From assembly GCF_004010195.1 (NCBI RefSeq), contig NC_057721.1:44513040-44577039 (forward strand): DNA of 64,000 nucleotides. The letters run 5' to 3'. Below, piece by piece: positions 13,154 to 27,158 of this stretch. Origin of the DNA: Chiloscyllium plagiosum (taxonomy: Eukaryota). A program made the position numbers and the translations under genes. The notes beneath the pieces are model-generated. The model ran no database searches. It was not told the DNA's origin and saw only the letters and a list, made by a program, of their open reading frames with translations. How positions within the stretch are numbered: position 1 is the first letter of the stretch; each line of letters starts with the position of its first letter.

Positions 13154-13789
13154 GTAAGTGCAATGCTCTCTCACTCAATACTAGTAAATAAAGTTGTCAG
13201 CCCAAACAGCCACTTATTTGTCTTTGTTCAATACATCAATATGTCTGTCTACCTGTAGGCTCGCCTTTCAATCGCTCAGTTTTTAACTCTTTTTGGTTTA
13301 GAACAACTACTCAAGTTCCTAAGTAATTTGTTTAATGTCAGAATAATAAACTACAACATACTTTGTTTACAATTATATTTAGTTAGCTAATAGGAAAGCA
13401 AATACTTTTTCTTAAATTTTGAGGAACTAATCTCTCTGGGATGACTAAGAAACATGATGCTGTATCTCCTTACTTTCAAGAAATTCAATTGTTTGGACTT
13501 GTTCTTTTTCACATACATGATTACTAAAGTGATTTCACCAAACTTCCAAGATTATGAAGGACCTTGATAAGTGGACACTGAAAGATAGTTTATTTTGGCT
13601 GGAAAATATAGACCATGGGGACATGGTCTCTGGATAAGGACTTAATCACAAAGGACTTTGGAGAAATTTCTTCATGTGAAGGATTATGAGTAAGAGTTCT
13701 TTCCTCCAGACAGGGTGCGCAGATGACAAAAAAGTAGATGGGAGGGCAAGTGACATGGAAAACAAAGAGTCTGCAAATGGAAGGCAAAT

Positions 13790-15290
13790 GCTCTGTCAGC
13801 CTTTATTTAAAAGGGAATGATGTATAACCATATTGTTATCTTACAGAAACTAAACAAAGCATTAGTTAGACCACACTAGAATACTGTAAATGGTTTTAAT
13901 CCCTTTACCTAAGGATATGTATACTGGTATTGGAGGCAGTTCAGAGAAGGTTCACTCAGTTGATCCTGGGTACAGAGAGATTTTCTTATGAGAAGAGATT
14001 GAGTAGTCTGTACTTATTAGAGTTTAGAAGAATGAAAGGTGACTTTATTAAAGCATATGGCAATTGTAAAGGGTAGATGCAGAGCGTGTGTCTCCATGTG
14101 TAGGAGAGTCTAGGAAGAGAGGGCATAATCTCAGAATGAGACATCACCCATTTAACACATAGATAAGGAGTAATTTCTATTCTAAGCGCGGTGAATTTGT
14201 GAATTTGGCTGTCGGGACTGAGTCATTAGGTATATTCAAGGTTTTGATAAACTCATTCTTAAGCAATAAGAGGCTCAAAGATTATGGGAAAAAAATAGTA
14301 AGAAAGTGGAATTGATGATAATCAAATCAACTATGATCAGTGTTCCCACAATTTTGTTTTGTCTTGTATGGACCTCTGGAGTCCTGAAGGTGACAGCACA
14401 AGTGGATAAGATAAAAAAGAAGGTATATGGCATGCTTGCCTTCATCAGTCGAGGCAATGAGTAAAGAAATTGGCAAGTCATGTTGCAGCTGTGTGAGACT
14501 TTATTTAGGTCACATTTGGAGTATTGTGTGCAGTTCTGGTCCCCATACAATAGGAAGGATGTTGAGGTTTTGGAGAGGGTGCAAAAGAGGTTTACCAAAA
14601 TGCTGCCTGAATTGGAGTATATTAAAGAAAAGGAGAGGTTGAACAAACTTGGTTTGTTTTTGCTAGAGCTTCGAAGGCTGAGGGGTGACCTGATAGAAAT
14701 ATATAAAATTATGAGAGGCATGGATAGGGTGAATAGTTGGAGCACTTTTCCCCAGGGTGGAAATGTCAAATACTAGGGGGCTTAGGTTTAAGATGAGAGG
14801 GAACAAGCTTAAAGGAGATGTACAAAGAAAGAGGTTTTTAGACAGAGAGGATGTTCGGACTGCACTGCCAGTGGAAGTAGTTGAAGCAGATATGATAGCA
14901 AAAGTTAAGAGGCATTTAGACAGGTACGTGAACAGGTAGGTAATAGAGGGAGATGGACCATTTTCAGGCAGATTAGTTTGTAATGGTATCATGGTCAGCA
15001 CAGACAGGGTGAGCTGAAGGGCCTGTTTCTTCTTGTATTCTATATTCTATGTCATGCAGAGACTGCATAACTTAGAGTGAAAATTAGCTGTGAGCTCATC
15101 AAATAGTGGAATAGACTCAATGGGCTGAATGGCCTACTTCTGCTTCTAGATCTTATGGTCTCAGAGAATCAAGGAATATGAAGAGAGAATGAAATTGAAT
15201 CCCAAGGATGGTCATGATGGTATTTCATGTTGAAACAGACTTGATGGACCATACAGTCTACTCCTGTTCCAATCTTTTTGTGTTCTTATG
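13790..15290 (+). mobile_element. Cluster of CR1 3' fragments (younger copy at about 14385-15055 nested in older ones)
   Basis: ORF 14480-14776 reads HLEYCVQFWSPY..LERVQKRFTKMLP..RRLRGDLIEIYKI, the CR1 ORF2 C-terminus. Confidence 0.85.
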
Positions 15291-15475
15291 TATTGTGTTT
15301 GGCAATATTAAACATTTTAATTAAAAAATAAAAATACATCTTTTTCCTTTTGCCAAATTCATCCCCTCTTCTCTCTGAAAGGCATTAATTGGTTACTGAA
15401 GTAGCTTTGCAGGGGTTGGATTGCCCTTTGGTATCTTGTCCAGGGAGATCACTAGGCATTTGTGAATCTTGATAG

Positions 15476-16180
15476 TGTTATGACACGGGGTAAACCCTTC
15501 TGCTAATTTAAACCAGATACACAGAAAAGCTCACCTCGCCTCATAATCTGTAAAAGTATGAGTGACAAAGAACTACCAAATCCCACTATTTAAAGAAAAA
15601 TTTAACAATTTGTTATTTAACTCCAAGAAAGAGAGAACATTAAAAACAACTATTTACACTGCAAGCCTCTTTTGTCTGATTGATCTATCTACCTCCCACT
15701 CTAACAATATACTGATCCGATAAAATCGCCTGATTAAGTTAACAAAAAAATCAAATTTCAAAACCAGTCAGCTATGTCACTTCTCCTCTGTATCTTCCTC
15801 TGTAGATTTTCCTGGGTTGTTTCTTTGGTCTTTCTGTTACACTTCCGAGGGTGTCACTACTGGCAGTCTGTTTGTTGGTGCTCTTTGCCACTCTGGCTAA
15901 CTGTTCAAAATGCCAGATTTTTATACCCCAAAATATCGGATCATCTCATGGTTTGACATCGTCAAAACAGTAAAATTCAAATGCGACTGGATTTTGTTAC
16001 CTTGGAGGATAATTTAAACTGAATTTGAATTTGTTGTGTAAAATAGCAACTCCACTCAGCTATTTGTTTCACAGCCAAATGTTACATTTTTAAACTTTTC
16101 GGCACACTCTGTGCTTGTTAAGTCCTTGCCAGCTTTCACACTCTCTTAAAGGTACAGTACACACCTACAACTTCATAACA
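15476..16180. mobile_element. Solo LTR (705 bp)
   Basis: Termini TGTTATGA...TCATAACA form a perfect 8-bp inverted repeat (TG..CA), flanked by the 4-bp direct repeat ATAG (15472-15475, 16181-16184). Confidence 0.75.
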
Positions 16181-19100
16181 ATAGTGAGTGCTGCAGCTTG
16201 TTGTATGTGATTCCAACATTGATTCCAAATTAGCCAAACATAGACATGAACACATGGTCTTCCAATATAGTTTGAACTGCAATGGGCAAAAGAACTCAAT
16301 TTATTTTCATCTCTCTAATCCAGGGATATTTATAAGGATAAACATGCATTTATATGTCATCTTTCGTACCTTCTGCTTTACAGCCAGTGGTGTACCTTTG
16401 AATTGAAGCCATTGTTGTAATGTAAGAAATGTATACTACACTCCATGCCACCCAATGCCCTTCTGCCTATTCTCCATGCCTGCCCCAAACCAACTATGCT
16501 GACCTGTACCCATTACCCTGACTCTTAATAATAGTCCCTATGCATCCCAAGCTAAGCCTGCACACACTCTCCTTTGCCCTCTCCCCACCATGTCACCTCA
16601 ACCTATCAACTTCAGGAGCTGGGCTGACAGAAAATTATAAAGCTAATGATGCTGTGACTATTTTGAAAAAAACTTTCAGTGACCTAAGAAAAAACCCAAC
16701 AAACTCTCTGTTCTGCCATCTCCCGCTCTTCCGCCACCTCCCCGCCCCAACCCCATCCATGCTCAGTTACTTGAAAGGCAAGGCATTATGTTGACTGATC
16801 AGTATTTGGCAAGCACCACATTTGTTTTCCCATACAGGGACACAGCTTGTTTCAGAGCATTACTTCAATTCCCTGTTGAGACTGTTGCATTTGATGTGGT
16901 TTTATTTCATCAGTAAGTGTTATTCAACTTTCCTCCCTCCACAACTGTAAAAGAGAAGCATCTTTAGCAGCTCCAAAGAACGTAAACCTTAATTTTATTT
17001 GTTACTCAGACACTCTCTCTCTCCCTTCCATTTTATTATGTAATCATCTCTCTCTTTCCCTTCACTCCCATCTCCATCAACAACTTCAGTCTTGAACGTA
17101 GCTGTCCCTTGAGGTCCTGGAGTCAGCTTTGCATCAAAGCTCATTTCCTGCAAGTAGGATTGAATGGAGCCAGTAGCCACTAATGTTCTCACTGTTCTTT
17201 TGCAGCAGTAATTAGAGCTACTGTGCATTAGAAGCAATAAATGTTCTTTCTGAGCCATTCCCTAAAATCACTTGGGATGGAAGTTTTTACTTTTACCCCT
17301 GAATATTATGAATCATTCATAAGGAATTCTGAAGCCTGCTTCAAAACTTTAACATAGTGTATGTTTATTAACCACTAAATATGATTTATTTCTGATTTAA
17401 GGGCATTTTCCTCAAAAACATTCCTAGGCAACAAAAATAATGCACATGTGCAATGTTCCAGAAACATAGTGTGACAAAGAAAGGGATAAGAGACATCACA
17501 GAAAGAACTTAAGTGAAATGTATGACTCCACACATTTGTCAAAACTGCATCTATTTCAGACACCGCAGGATCTTCTCAAGCAGTCTGTGGCAGTCACATG
17601 AATTCTGAGCTGAAAGTACAGTATCAACCATGTTGCTATGGGCTTTCAGTCCCACACCAGAAACCACTGTTAGATAAGGAGCATGACAACTATTTGATGG
17701 TCCCATTACCAAATTAACTCCTGCCATCAATATATCAGGTGTTGGCCTAACTGTGGTTTCAGGAAAGCTAGGTCTATTTCTGGCCTAACTAACAGATCCA
17801 TAAAGGGGCTGATTTCAGGCTGCTACCAAAATGTGCGCTTCTGAAAAGAAAGTGATAACCTCAAACTGAAGCCAGAAGGAGCAAGACTGACCCTCCCAGG
17901 TCTATATCCCACCACAGGTTTCTCTCAGATAACTTCACCCCAATTCCAAATGCTACCTCGATTTGCCACTATTCTCACAACGCAACCACAACCTCAACCC
18001 TCTCATCCAACTATTACCTCAACCCTCGCAACCCTCCGACCTGAACGCTACCTTGGCACTTCTTGGCCTGACTACTGCTACAGAACATCCCTCTCCCCAT
18101 CACAATTATTGTCTAAACCCAGCCCTTCCATTTATTCCACTGCCACCTCTACTTTACCTATCCCACTGCAACATAGGCACTCACCATTGTGACCATTGCC
18201 TCAACACTCTCTATTCCAATTCACTATATATTGGTATAAAGCAGGACGTTTTTCTAAAATGGGGGAAAAACATTTAACTTTTTGTCCATTTAGCTATTAT
18301 CTAAATTTGCTTGAGTTTCTTTACAGGGTAAGAGAGGAATAAACAATACAGTGTGAGTTACGCATTACAAATCCAATAAAACGTGACTTTTTGGAATCTG
18401 TGACTTTGAAAACTCTTAATGTGTTTTTTTTAAATCAGATGTCAGGTTAACATTTGTAAAACTGTTACTGAAAGTCAGATCGAAACCTAAATACATTGTT
18501 ACATATAGAAATTCTCTCTCCAATGTGAATTAGTTTTCTCCAGTTCTAAAGACACTGACTTACTGAGTTACAATCTATAGGGCCTGGTAAGCCTTCGCCT
18601 TTTACCTAATGTCCATTATTCATCTCAAAATCTCTCCAGTGAATGCCAATAAACTGTTTTAACATTATGATTCAACATGACCCTGTTTGGAATGGGGAGC
18701 AGACCTGTACGTGTACTTTCCCATTGGGATTGTTGGATTATGATCAGGAGAAGGAACTCAAACTGCATTCTTCTTTTCCCAATGCATACTCACTGATGTA
18801 ATGCTGCAATTGTCACATTTCAATTCGCACAAGGATTGAAATGTTCTTTTTGTTCCATGGCATTACAAGCATTGGATTGGTAGAATATTGTTGCTATGCA
18901 TTCAGTCTTCCTCGATCACACGCATGACGGATCTGTGGTCAAAACATGACAATCGTAGAATCATTCAGGACAGAAAAAGATCTTTTGTCCCAGGATGCCT
19001 ATGTCAACTTATTGCCAATTCGTTCTACTGCCATTCTCTTTACTCATTGAATTGCAATAAGAAAGTACATCTTTGACAGAAATTTTCCTTTTTCTGTTCT

Positions 19101-20864
19101 GACTAGAGAGGCAAGGGAGAAGAAATTGAACTAGAAATCCTTAGTATCTGGATTTTGAGGATTTCCTTATGTCTTTTTAGGGGCAGTGCTGGATCAGAAT
19201 CTGCCTTAAGCATAATCCCAGTACTAACATTTGGACTAAGCAGGAGAATCCATTTGCATTAGTCCTACCTCAGTTTGCTGCACATCAGTCTCTGGGGTGT
19301 TCAAACTGAAGAATGCCCCAAAAGGTTAGGCTTGCCTGGTGTTCCCCATGGACAGTAATGAATACAGTTTTTCCAAGAGAATGCCAAAGATCCAAGTTGA
19401 ATTTATGTAGCTGGACCAGGCTCACTAAGGATCTTTAGATCTTTGTGACCTTCTGACTGCTCTCTGTAGCATGGGCACAGATACAGTTCTCCGGAACTTC
19501 AGCAAGTCAGGCAGCATCTGCAGAGGAAACACATGCTGTCTGAACTGAAAGTATTCTTCGAGAAGGATCATCTCACAAGGAACAAATTAAAGAGAAGGTG
19601 GAAGAACACAAAATGTGTGAGCACCCAGACACAGGAAAAGAAATGGAATGACTGGTAAGTCGCTCAAGTGGAGCACCAAGAATAAAGTAAGGGACAAACT
19701 CAAGATACGGTGAATACCTGCTAAAGGGATGGAAATTAGGCTGATGAAAATAGAAGCATTTAAAACTAGAAAAGCAAGCACGTTGAATTAGTTCAGGAGC
19801 TTGATTAATGATGTGGCCAGGGCTCTAATAGATGGACTGTCCACTTCATATATTTATTTTCAAGTAGCAAAAGTGTAAACTGCTCCTTGGACCTTACCTG
19901 CTTTTTCTTCTGTAAGGCTGTTGGATCCCTGCAGCCTGTTTTCTATGATTACCTATCCAGCTGGCTAATCCCATCCCGGTCTGCTAGTCTCCTGCCTGCT
20001 TCTCACAATTTACATGGGGTTATCACAATGCTAGTTGATCACCTCCTGCATCTCCTTCTGTCAGTCACTCATTCCTCTTCCAATCACACTATGTCCAAGT
20101 CTGTTGCCACCACATCTTTCCACCCACTTGTGGGCATCCTAGTTTTCTTCACATCAATCCATCCCCATCATTTATCTCAACTTATTTCCTCTCTTACTCT
20201 GCAATAGACCATTATACCACTTCAATCTCTTCCCAGCCACTTGATGGTCCTGCAATCTTCACTGATCTCCTGATGTGCTGGTTCCTGATTTTTGCCCTTT
20301 CTTGTTACTCCACACATCCATCTCAGTATCCAATTTTATTAGTTGCTTTTCCTTTTGCCCAAGTTTCAATGTTATGTAATAAGTCTCATAAAATTCTTGT
20401 AAATTCTTCCTTTGAGTTTCAGCAACACTTTTCTGTCATATAGCAATGACATTCTATGTTTTATATATACATTTTAAAAATTCTTAATTGTACTTTATCA
20501 CCACAGTTCTAATATCAACTTTCTGCAGGCTGTTCAGTTTCTTTTCCTGCTTGTGTTGTCTTGCCATTCTTTTATTTTGTTTCTCTTTCCCTCACTCTGA
20601 TCCATTTTACTGCTGTCACGCAAGAAATGCAGCAGCCAGTTTGCATAAAACTACCTCTCTCAAGTAGAACTATGATAACAACCAAATCCCCTGAGGGATA
20701 AAAGCAACAAAGAGTGCTAAAACTGGCAGGTGAGGCAGTGGAGAGAAAGAGAACTAATTTTTCAGGTTTATGATCCTTCATCAGAATCCTTTAAGAATTT
20801 TTTTTGTTCTTCTTTCATGTTTCCAACATCTCTAGTATTTTATTTTTATATTTATGGTCAAAGG

Positions 20865-21095
20865 ATAAGTACTGCTCAGGGCACTGGGAGAAGTCTTCTG
20901 TTCTTCTGTGGATGATGCCATAACATCTTGAGAGGATAGACAGCACTTATTTTATTATCTCATCCAAAAGACAGCATCTCTAACCATTTAGAACTCTCTA
21001 ATACTGCATTGGGGCATTAGCTAGACAAAACGTTTAACTTTCTGGAGCAGACTTGAACCCACATCTTCCTAACTCAGAGATGAGAGTGTTCCTAT
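20865..21095 (-). mobile_element. DeuSINE-like (SacSINE1-type) tRNA-derived SINE remnant
   Basis: tcatccaaaagacagcatctc..atactgcattgg..gacttgaacccac..ctcagagatgagagtg resembles the recalled head of that family in reverse orientation. Confidence 0.55.
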
Positions 21096-21984
21096 TGTGT
21101 TCATCTGTAATACCTTGTAGCTCTGATGAAGGAACCCACCCTGAAATGTTAACTTGTCTGCTCCCGCCACAGCTACAGCCTGGCTTTCTGAAAGTTACTT
21201 GCATTTTCTGTTCTAAATTAAAATAGAATCAGAATTGAATATTTAATTTTTTTTCATAGTTGTACAAATTATTTATAAACTATTAATATTAAATTTTCAA
21301 TTTCCACACAGATCATCATTCTACCCAAGATCAGATTACTTGACACTTATTAAACATATATCATTTTTCACAGGTGCATTGATTAGAACAATGGACACAA
21401 TACATACTTTCATTCCTCTCACACTTGGGGAAAGTTCTTCGCAATACAATTCAGTCATGATTCCAATTTACTCTGTTTGTTGATTTTTAATTTTTGATCC
21501 CTAAATACTCTACAGAAAGGCACTTAAGCTGAACATCAACACAGTCAGAGTAATGGTTTCAAACAGCAGGAAACGGTCACAAGGTATTGTTTCAACTTTT
21601 ACAATCTCTTTATATATAAAGATTAATTTAACATCACTTCCAAAAGGGAAGTTATGGTACATTGTTCTGCACTTCTATTGAATAATCATCTGTGTCAATG
21701 AGTAGAGTTAAAACTTATTTTGGAAAACTGCTTTCTTTTGTATACATTCCTAATAAATAATAACCAGTTTGCACATAGAAATTGCAGATGACTCAATGAC
21801 TCAAGTGCAAGGAGCTCATAGACTTCTTTGTTGTTGAATTTGAGCCCAGCCAATCAGCTGTCTGTTATTTCCCTACCTGTCATTTGCCCAATAGACCAAA
21901 CTTTCTCTAAGGAACCACTTTGTCCTACCCCTGAACTCACATCTCTTTCCAGTTAACTTTCTATCTACCTTCATGATGGGTGTT

Positions 21985-22580
21985 GAGGTTTAAATACAGG
22001 GAAGTCTTGTTACAGTTGTACAGAATGTTTGTGAGGCTGCACCTGGAGTATTGTGTACAGTCCTGCTCCCCGTATTTAAAAAAGGAGATTCTGACATTGG
22101 AGGCAGTTCAAAAAAATGTACAAGACTGAGTCCTAGATTGAAGGGGTTGATTTATGAAGAATGGTTTAACATTTTAGGTCTTAATGTATTAGAATTTAGA
22201 ATAATGAGGGATGACCTTGTTGAAATATACAAGATTCTGAGGTGGTTGACACGGTAGATGTTCTGAGCATGGTTCCACTATTGGGGAATCAGGACATAGA
22301 TAAAGAATAATAGGACTCTCATTTAAAACTGATGTGGGAAGGAATTTCTGCTCCTAGAGGGTGGTGAACCTTTGAAGTTCTGTACCCCAGGGAGTTGTGG
22401 CAGAGAGATCACTGAACATACTTAGTGAGGGGGGCAGATAGATTTTAGAAATGTCAGGGAGTTTAGAGTTATGCTGAGCTGGTATGAAAGTGGAGTTAAA
22501 GCCTAATGCAGATCAGCCTTGGATTTTGACAAAAGGTGAGGCAGGTTTGAGGGACTGAATTCCATGTCCTACTCCTATTT
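21985..22580 (+). mobile_element. Old CR1 3' fragment
   Basis: LHLEYCVQ..LEFRIMRDDLVEIYKIL remnants. Confidence 0.75.
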
Positions 22581-23084
22581 CTTTTCTCCCAAGCTTCTTT
22601 GACCACAAGGTCTACTTGCTGTTCCCACAACTCTACTCACGTTAAACTTCACTTCCTGTGGATAGCGAAACAGAATTAACATTGAGTCTAATATGATTCA
22701 AAATATTAGCTCTGTTTCTCTGTCAGAACTGCTGAGATTCCCTAGCATTTTCTGTTTTTACTTTAGATTTACAGCATCTGCAGTATTTTGGTATTATTAA
22801 ACTTCCCTTCCTGGTCTTTTCAGTAGCTAATATTGTGAACAGTTCACATTGTTCAAGTACAGTCTCACTATTCTTCAACTCTGCCATCAATACCTATTTC
22901 CTTAAATTAAAAGTGCTAGGGCCTCAACCACCTTGCAAACTACCACCCATCTCTTAGAATTCGTGGTCCTTCACCATATTTGTTGTGTCCCAAATAAATT
23001 CACACCTTGCCTGAACTGCCATGTTTGAATCCCTCTGATCAGATTTCCTTGCCATGGTACCAAAAGAGCATGGTATCCAATGTC

Positions 23085-24160
23085 ACATAGAAACATAGGA
23101 AAGAGGAGCACGAGTAGGTCATTCAGCCCTTTGAGCCAGCTTTGCCATTCAACATTATCATGGATCATCATCCAACTCAGTACTCTATTCTGTCATGATT
23201 GTAATGAGGTCAGCCAAGCAGACCTCATAGATTATAAATTCCCTGATTGGGGCTGTTAATCTGGTCCAATCAGGAGGCCCTGGTTGATAGATATAAACAG
23301 GAGTGTAAAAAGAAAAAAAAATAAAATGGTGTCTCTACCGCAGTTAGGCAGTAGTGTGGAAAAAAAAAATAAACAGGAGTGTGGGACATCCTGGTCTCTC
23401 GGAGAGCTGGCTCAGGGGGAACTGGATCAGTGTCAAGGACTTTGCACATGTGAAGAAACAGTGACTTAGTGACAGGATTCCAGCCTCTATGGAGTTTTTC
23501 ACTCTTGCCGCTTTTTCTATGTACTCCTTGTCCTGAGTGCTATATACAACTTCTTCTTGAAAACATTCAACTTATTGGTCTCAACCACTTTCTGTGGGAG
23601 AGAATTCACGGTCTCTAACCCCTTGGATGAAGAAATGTTTCCTCGTCTTAGTCCTAAATGGCCCATCCCATTTCCTTCAACTGTGATCTCTAGTTATGGA
23701 CTCCTTAGTCAAGGCTTCTTGGAATTTTATAAATTTCTATGAGATCACCCCTTTTAAACCCCAGTGAATATAAACCTGACCAACCAAGTCTGTCTTCATG
23801 CATCAGTCAGTTTATTGCACTTCCTTCGTAGCTTGAGAACCCTTTCTTAGAAACAATGGGGACAGTACACCAGATATAGCCTCACCAAGGCCTCGAACAA
23901 TCGCAACAAGCTACCCCTGCTTCAAGTCATCTCGACATGAAGGCCAATGTGCCAGTTGCCGCCTTCACCATCTGCAGCACCTGCATGGTTATTTTCAGCA
24001 ACTGGTGTACAAGAACATCCAGGTCTGTCACCTTTCCCTTTCCCAAACTATCACCACTCATAATAATATGCCTTCCTGCTTTCGCTACGAAAATGGACAA
24101 CCTCCCATTTATACCCATTACATTTTATCTATGTTACATTTGCCAAATCACTGAACACTT
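23085..24160 (-). mobile_element. Old CR1 3' fragment containing an LTR-like insert at about 23191-23501
   Basis: catagaaacatagg tail at 23086 and DLDVLVHQLLK..VKAATGTLAF on the - strand. The insert is homologous to 47045-47236. Confidence 0.65.
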
Positions 24161-25919
24161 TGAAATTGATATAGTTGGCAGCCTGTGGGCAAAGCTTAAT
24201 GCACTCCACTGGGGTGAGTTTGGTGATGGTGTAGGACTCATTCAGCCCTTCATGAATGATGACTACACTTGATGCACTCTTGATTTCTTATGGGTGGGTT
24301 TTCTACTAGTTCCATTTAATGACAAGAATTACATGGGTCCAGATTTTATTCTAGTTTCAATATTCTGCAGAGTTGAGCCTTTCAGATTGTCATCTAGCTT
24401 ATTTTTGGTTGGACTTCCAGTTACAGCTTTTGATTATTATGACTTCAATTTCCGCAACTTTCCATTTCCAGTGAATTGTTATGATTTCCAGAATTTGGTG
24501 AGCGAGCTTGCCTTATATTTAATGTGAGATAGTGCCATTCAAGCAATGTAACCAATTATTGTATCTCTTTACAAATGAACAAAATGCCGATGGTCCTTCA
24601 TGTACTACAGTAAATTTTTACACTACCATCAGTGAGGGAGCTTATATCAAATGGATGAGTGAAAGGCTTTGCATTTGCTCTGAGGTATACAAGTCAATGT
24701 CAAATGACAGCTTAATCAATGAGACAGAAGAGATTGAGAAGTAATAACCTACAGACCCATAAGAAAGTGGAATTCTGTAGATGATCACACACTAAATGTC
24801 TGCTAAGGTAGAGAGATTAATGGATAAGTAGGAGCATACCTGAACTGACCTAAAAGACTACTGCATTGACATGCAGGAACCTTCAATAGGACACAACTGG
24901 GAAATCAGAAACACATTATTGCTATTATGTCTGGTATTTTATTACAGATCAATTTTGCAGCTTAAATCCTGGCAGATTAATCATGATGTCTTCCTTTTGT
25001 ACTGACCCGAGCAAAAAGAAGTTTTTTTTAGAAAAGACAGTGTTATGAGGGTAAAAGAATAAATTCACTTCAATGCTGCTTGGAATGCCACATTCAGATT
25101 TATTACTTCTGTGTAAAAATTGAGGAGCACCAATTGTCTTATTGATTTTCCTGTTTGACTGCCCTAGATTCCTTGAAGTTCAAAGCAGTTCATGCAATTG
25201 ACAAACATCAACTCAAAAACTCATGGTCTAATTTTATTTCTCTCCCAGATATTTATTTTCTCATATGGTGTTACCCTCGATGTGCCCCACATCACTGACT
25301 ACCTGAATATATGATTTTAAAAAAACTTCTAGCCTGTGAAGTGAAATTAATATGAAGTATTGTTTTTCAACACATTAATATCTTCAATTTGTACTGGTCA
25401 GTAATTTCAATTTTATGCTATTAAAATTTTGCAAAAACCACAGCAAGTAAGTATTGACTGTCTGGTGTAAGATAGTTTAAATTGTTTACTGGTCTTTGGT
25501 AAAACAGACCAAGAAGAGAAGGTTTGGCCTCAAAATAAGAACCTCAACTAATTCTTCTGCGATTGTCAACAAGAATGAAATGGATTGGGGTTTAGTTTTA
25601 GACAATGTATTAATGCAGAAATTGTTGAATTTCCCATTATAATGAAATCCTCTCAGCAATTCATTTTCACAGTTTGGAGAAATGTTGGGAAACTGCACAA
25701 TATCCACACACTACAGAGGCAGGGCCCTCATCACCATTTTCATTTCACAAAGGAGATGCTCGTCAAAGCACATAGATCCTCAGCCTCAGAACAGGATGAG
25801 GATAGCATTCTCAGTAGCTATGAAAGTGTTTGCAGTGATGAACCTGTTTCCCCATTTGGGTGCAATTCAGGTTGCAGTAGCAGCGTCTCCACCATCTTAA
25901 GAGTTTGATATACACTATT

Positions 25920-27158
25920 TAATCAGGTGGCAGGGGCGGATCATGCCTCAAAAACCTTATTGAATTCTTTGAGGAAGTGACAAAACACATTGATGAAGGT
26001 CGAGCAGTGGATGTGGTGGACATGGATTTAGTGAGGCATTTGATAAGGTTCCCCAGGTTAGGCTCATTCAGAAAGTAAAGAGGCATGGGATAGAGGAAAC
26101 CTGTATTTTCTGGATACAGAATTGGCTGGCCCATTGAAGACGGTGGGGGGGGGGGGGGTGATGGTAGATGGAAAGTATTCAGCTTGGAACTCGGTGATCA
26201 GAGGTGTTCCGCAAGGATCGGTTTTGAGATCTCTGCTCTTTGTGATTTTTATAGATGACTTGAATGAGAAAGTGGAAGAGTGGATTAGTAAGTTTGCTGA
26301 TGACACGAAGGTTGGTGGAGTTGTGGATAGGATGTAGGGCTGTTGTAGGACGCAACAACACATTGACAGAATGCAGAACTGAGCTGATAAGCGGCAGATG
26401 GAGTCCAACCTGGAAAAGTGTGAAGCCATTCACTTTGGAAGGTTGAATTTGAATGCAGAATACAGGGTTAAAGGCAGGATTCTTGGCAGTGTGGAGGAAC
26501 AGAAGGATCTTGGGGTCCATGTCCATAGATCCCTAAAAGTTGCCACCCAGGTTGATAGGGTTATTAAGCAAACATATGCTTTCATTTGCCAGGGGGTTTA
26601 AGAGCCACAAGGTTATGCTGCAGCTCTATGGTTAGACCACACTTGGAATCGTGTGTTCAGTTCTGGTTACCTCATTATAGGAAAGATGTGCAAGCTTTAG
26701 AGAAGGTGCAGGGGCAATTTACCAGGATGCTGCCTGGACTGGAGGGCATGTCTTATGAAGAAAGGTTGAGAGAGCTAGGGCATTTCTCATTGCAGCGAAG
26801 AAGGGTGAGAGGTGACTTGATAGAGATGTACAAGATATTGTGAGTGCATAGCCAGAGATATTTTTTCCATGGTGGAAATGGCTATCATGAGGGGGCACAA
26901 TTTTAAGGTGATTGGAGGAAGGTTTAGGGGAGTTGTCAGAGGTAGGTTCTTTACACAGAGAGTGGTGGTTGCATGGAATGCACTGTCAGCAGTGGCAATA
27001 GAGTCAGAGGCATTAGGGATATTTAAATAAGTTTTGGATAAGCACATGGAAATTAGTACAATGAAGTGCATTAAGTTAGTTTGATCGTAGAGTAGGATAA
27101 AAGGCTGGCACAACATCGAGGGCCAAAGGGCCTGTTCTGTGCTGTACTGTTCTATGTT
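25920..27158 (+). mobile_element. 5'-truncated CR1 LINE
   Basis: GVPQGSVL..ISKFADDTKVGG..HLESCVQFW; tail tgttctatgttct; possible TSD ctatt (25915-25919 / 27159-27163). Same subfamily as 36985-38845. Confidence 0.9.

Noticed and set aside
18439-18590. Acceptor-like sites and a CTG|gtaagc donor suggesting a small cassette exon
   Set aside because: The candidate exon is 43 nt with in-frame stops and no Ig features; such signals arise by chance. A poison exon cannot be excluded without RNA data.
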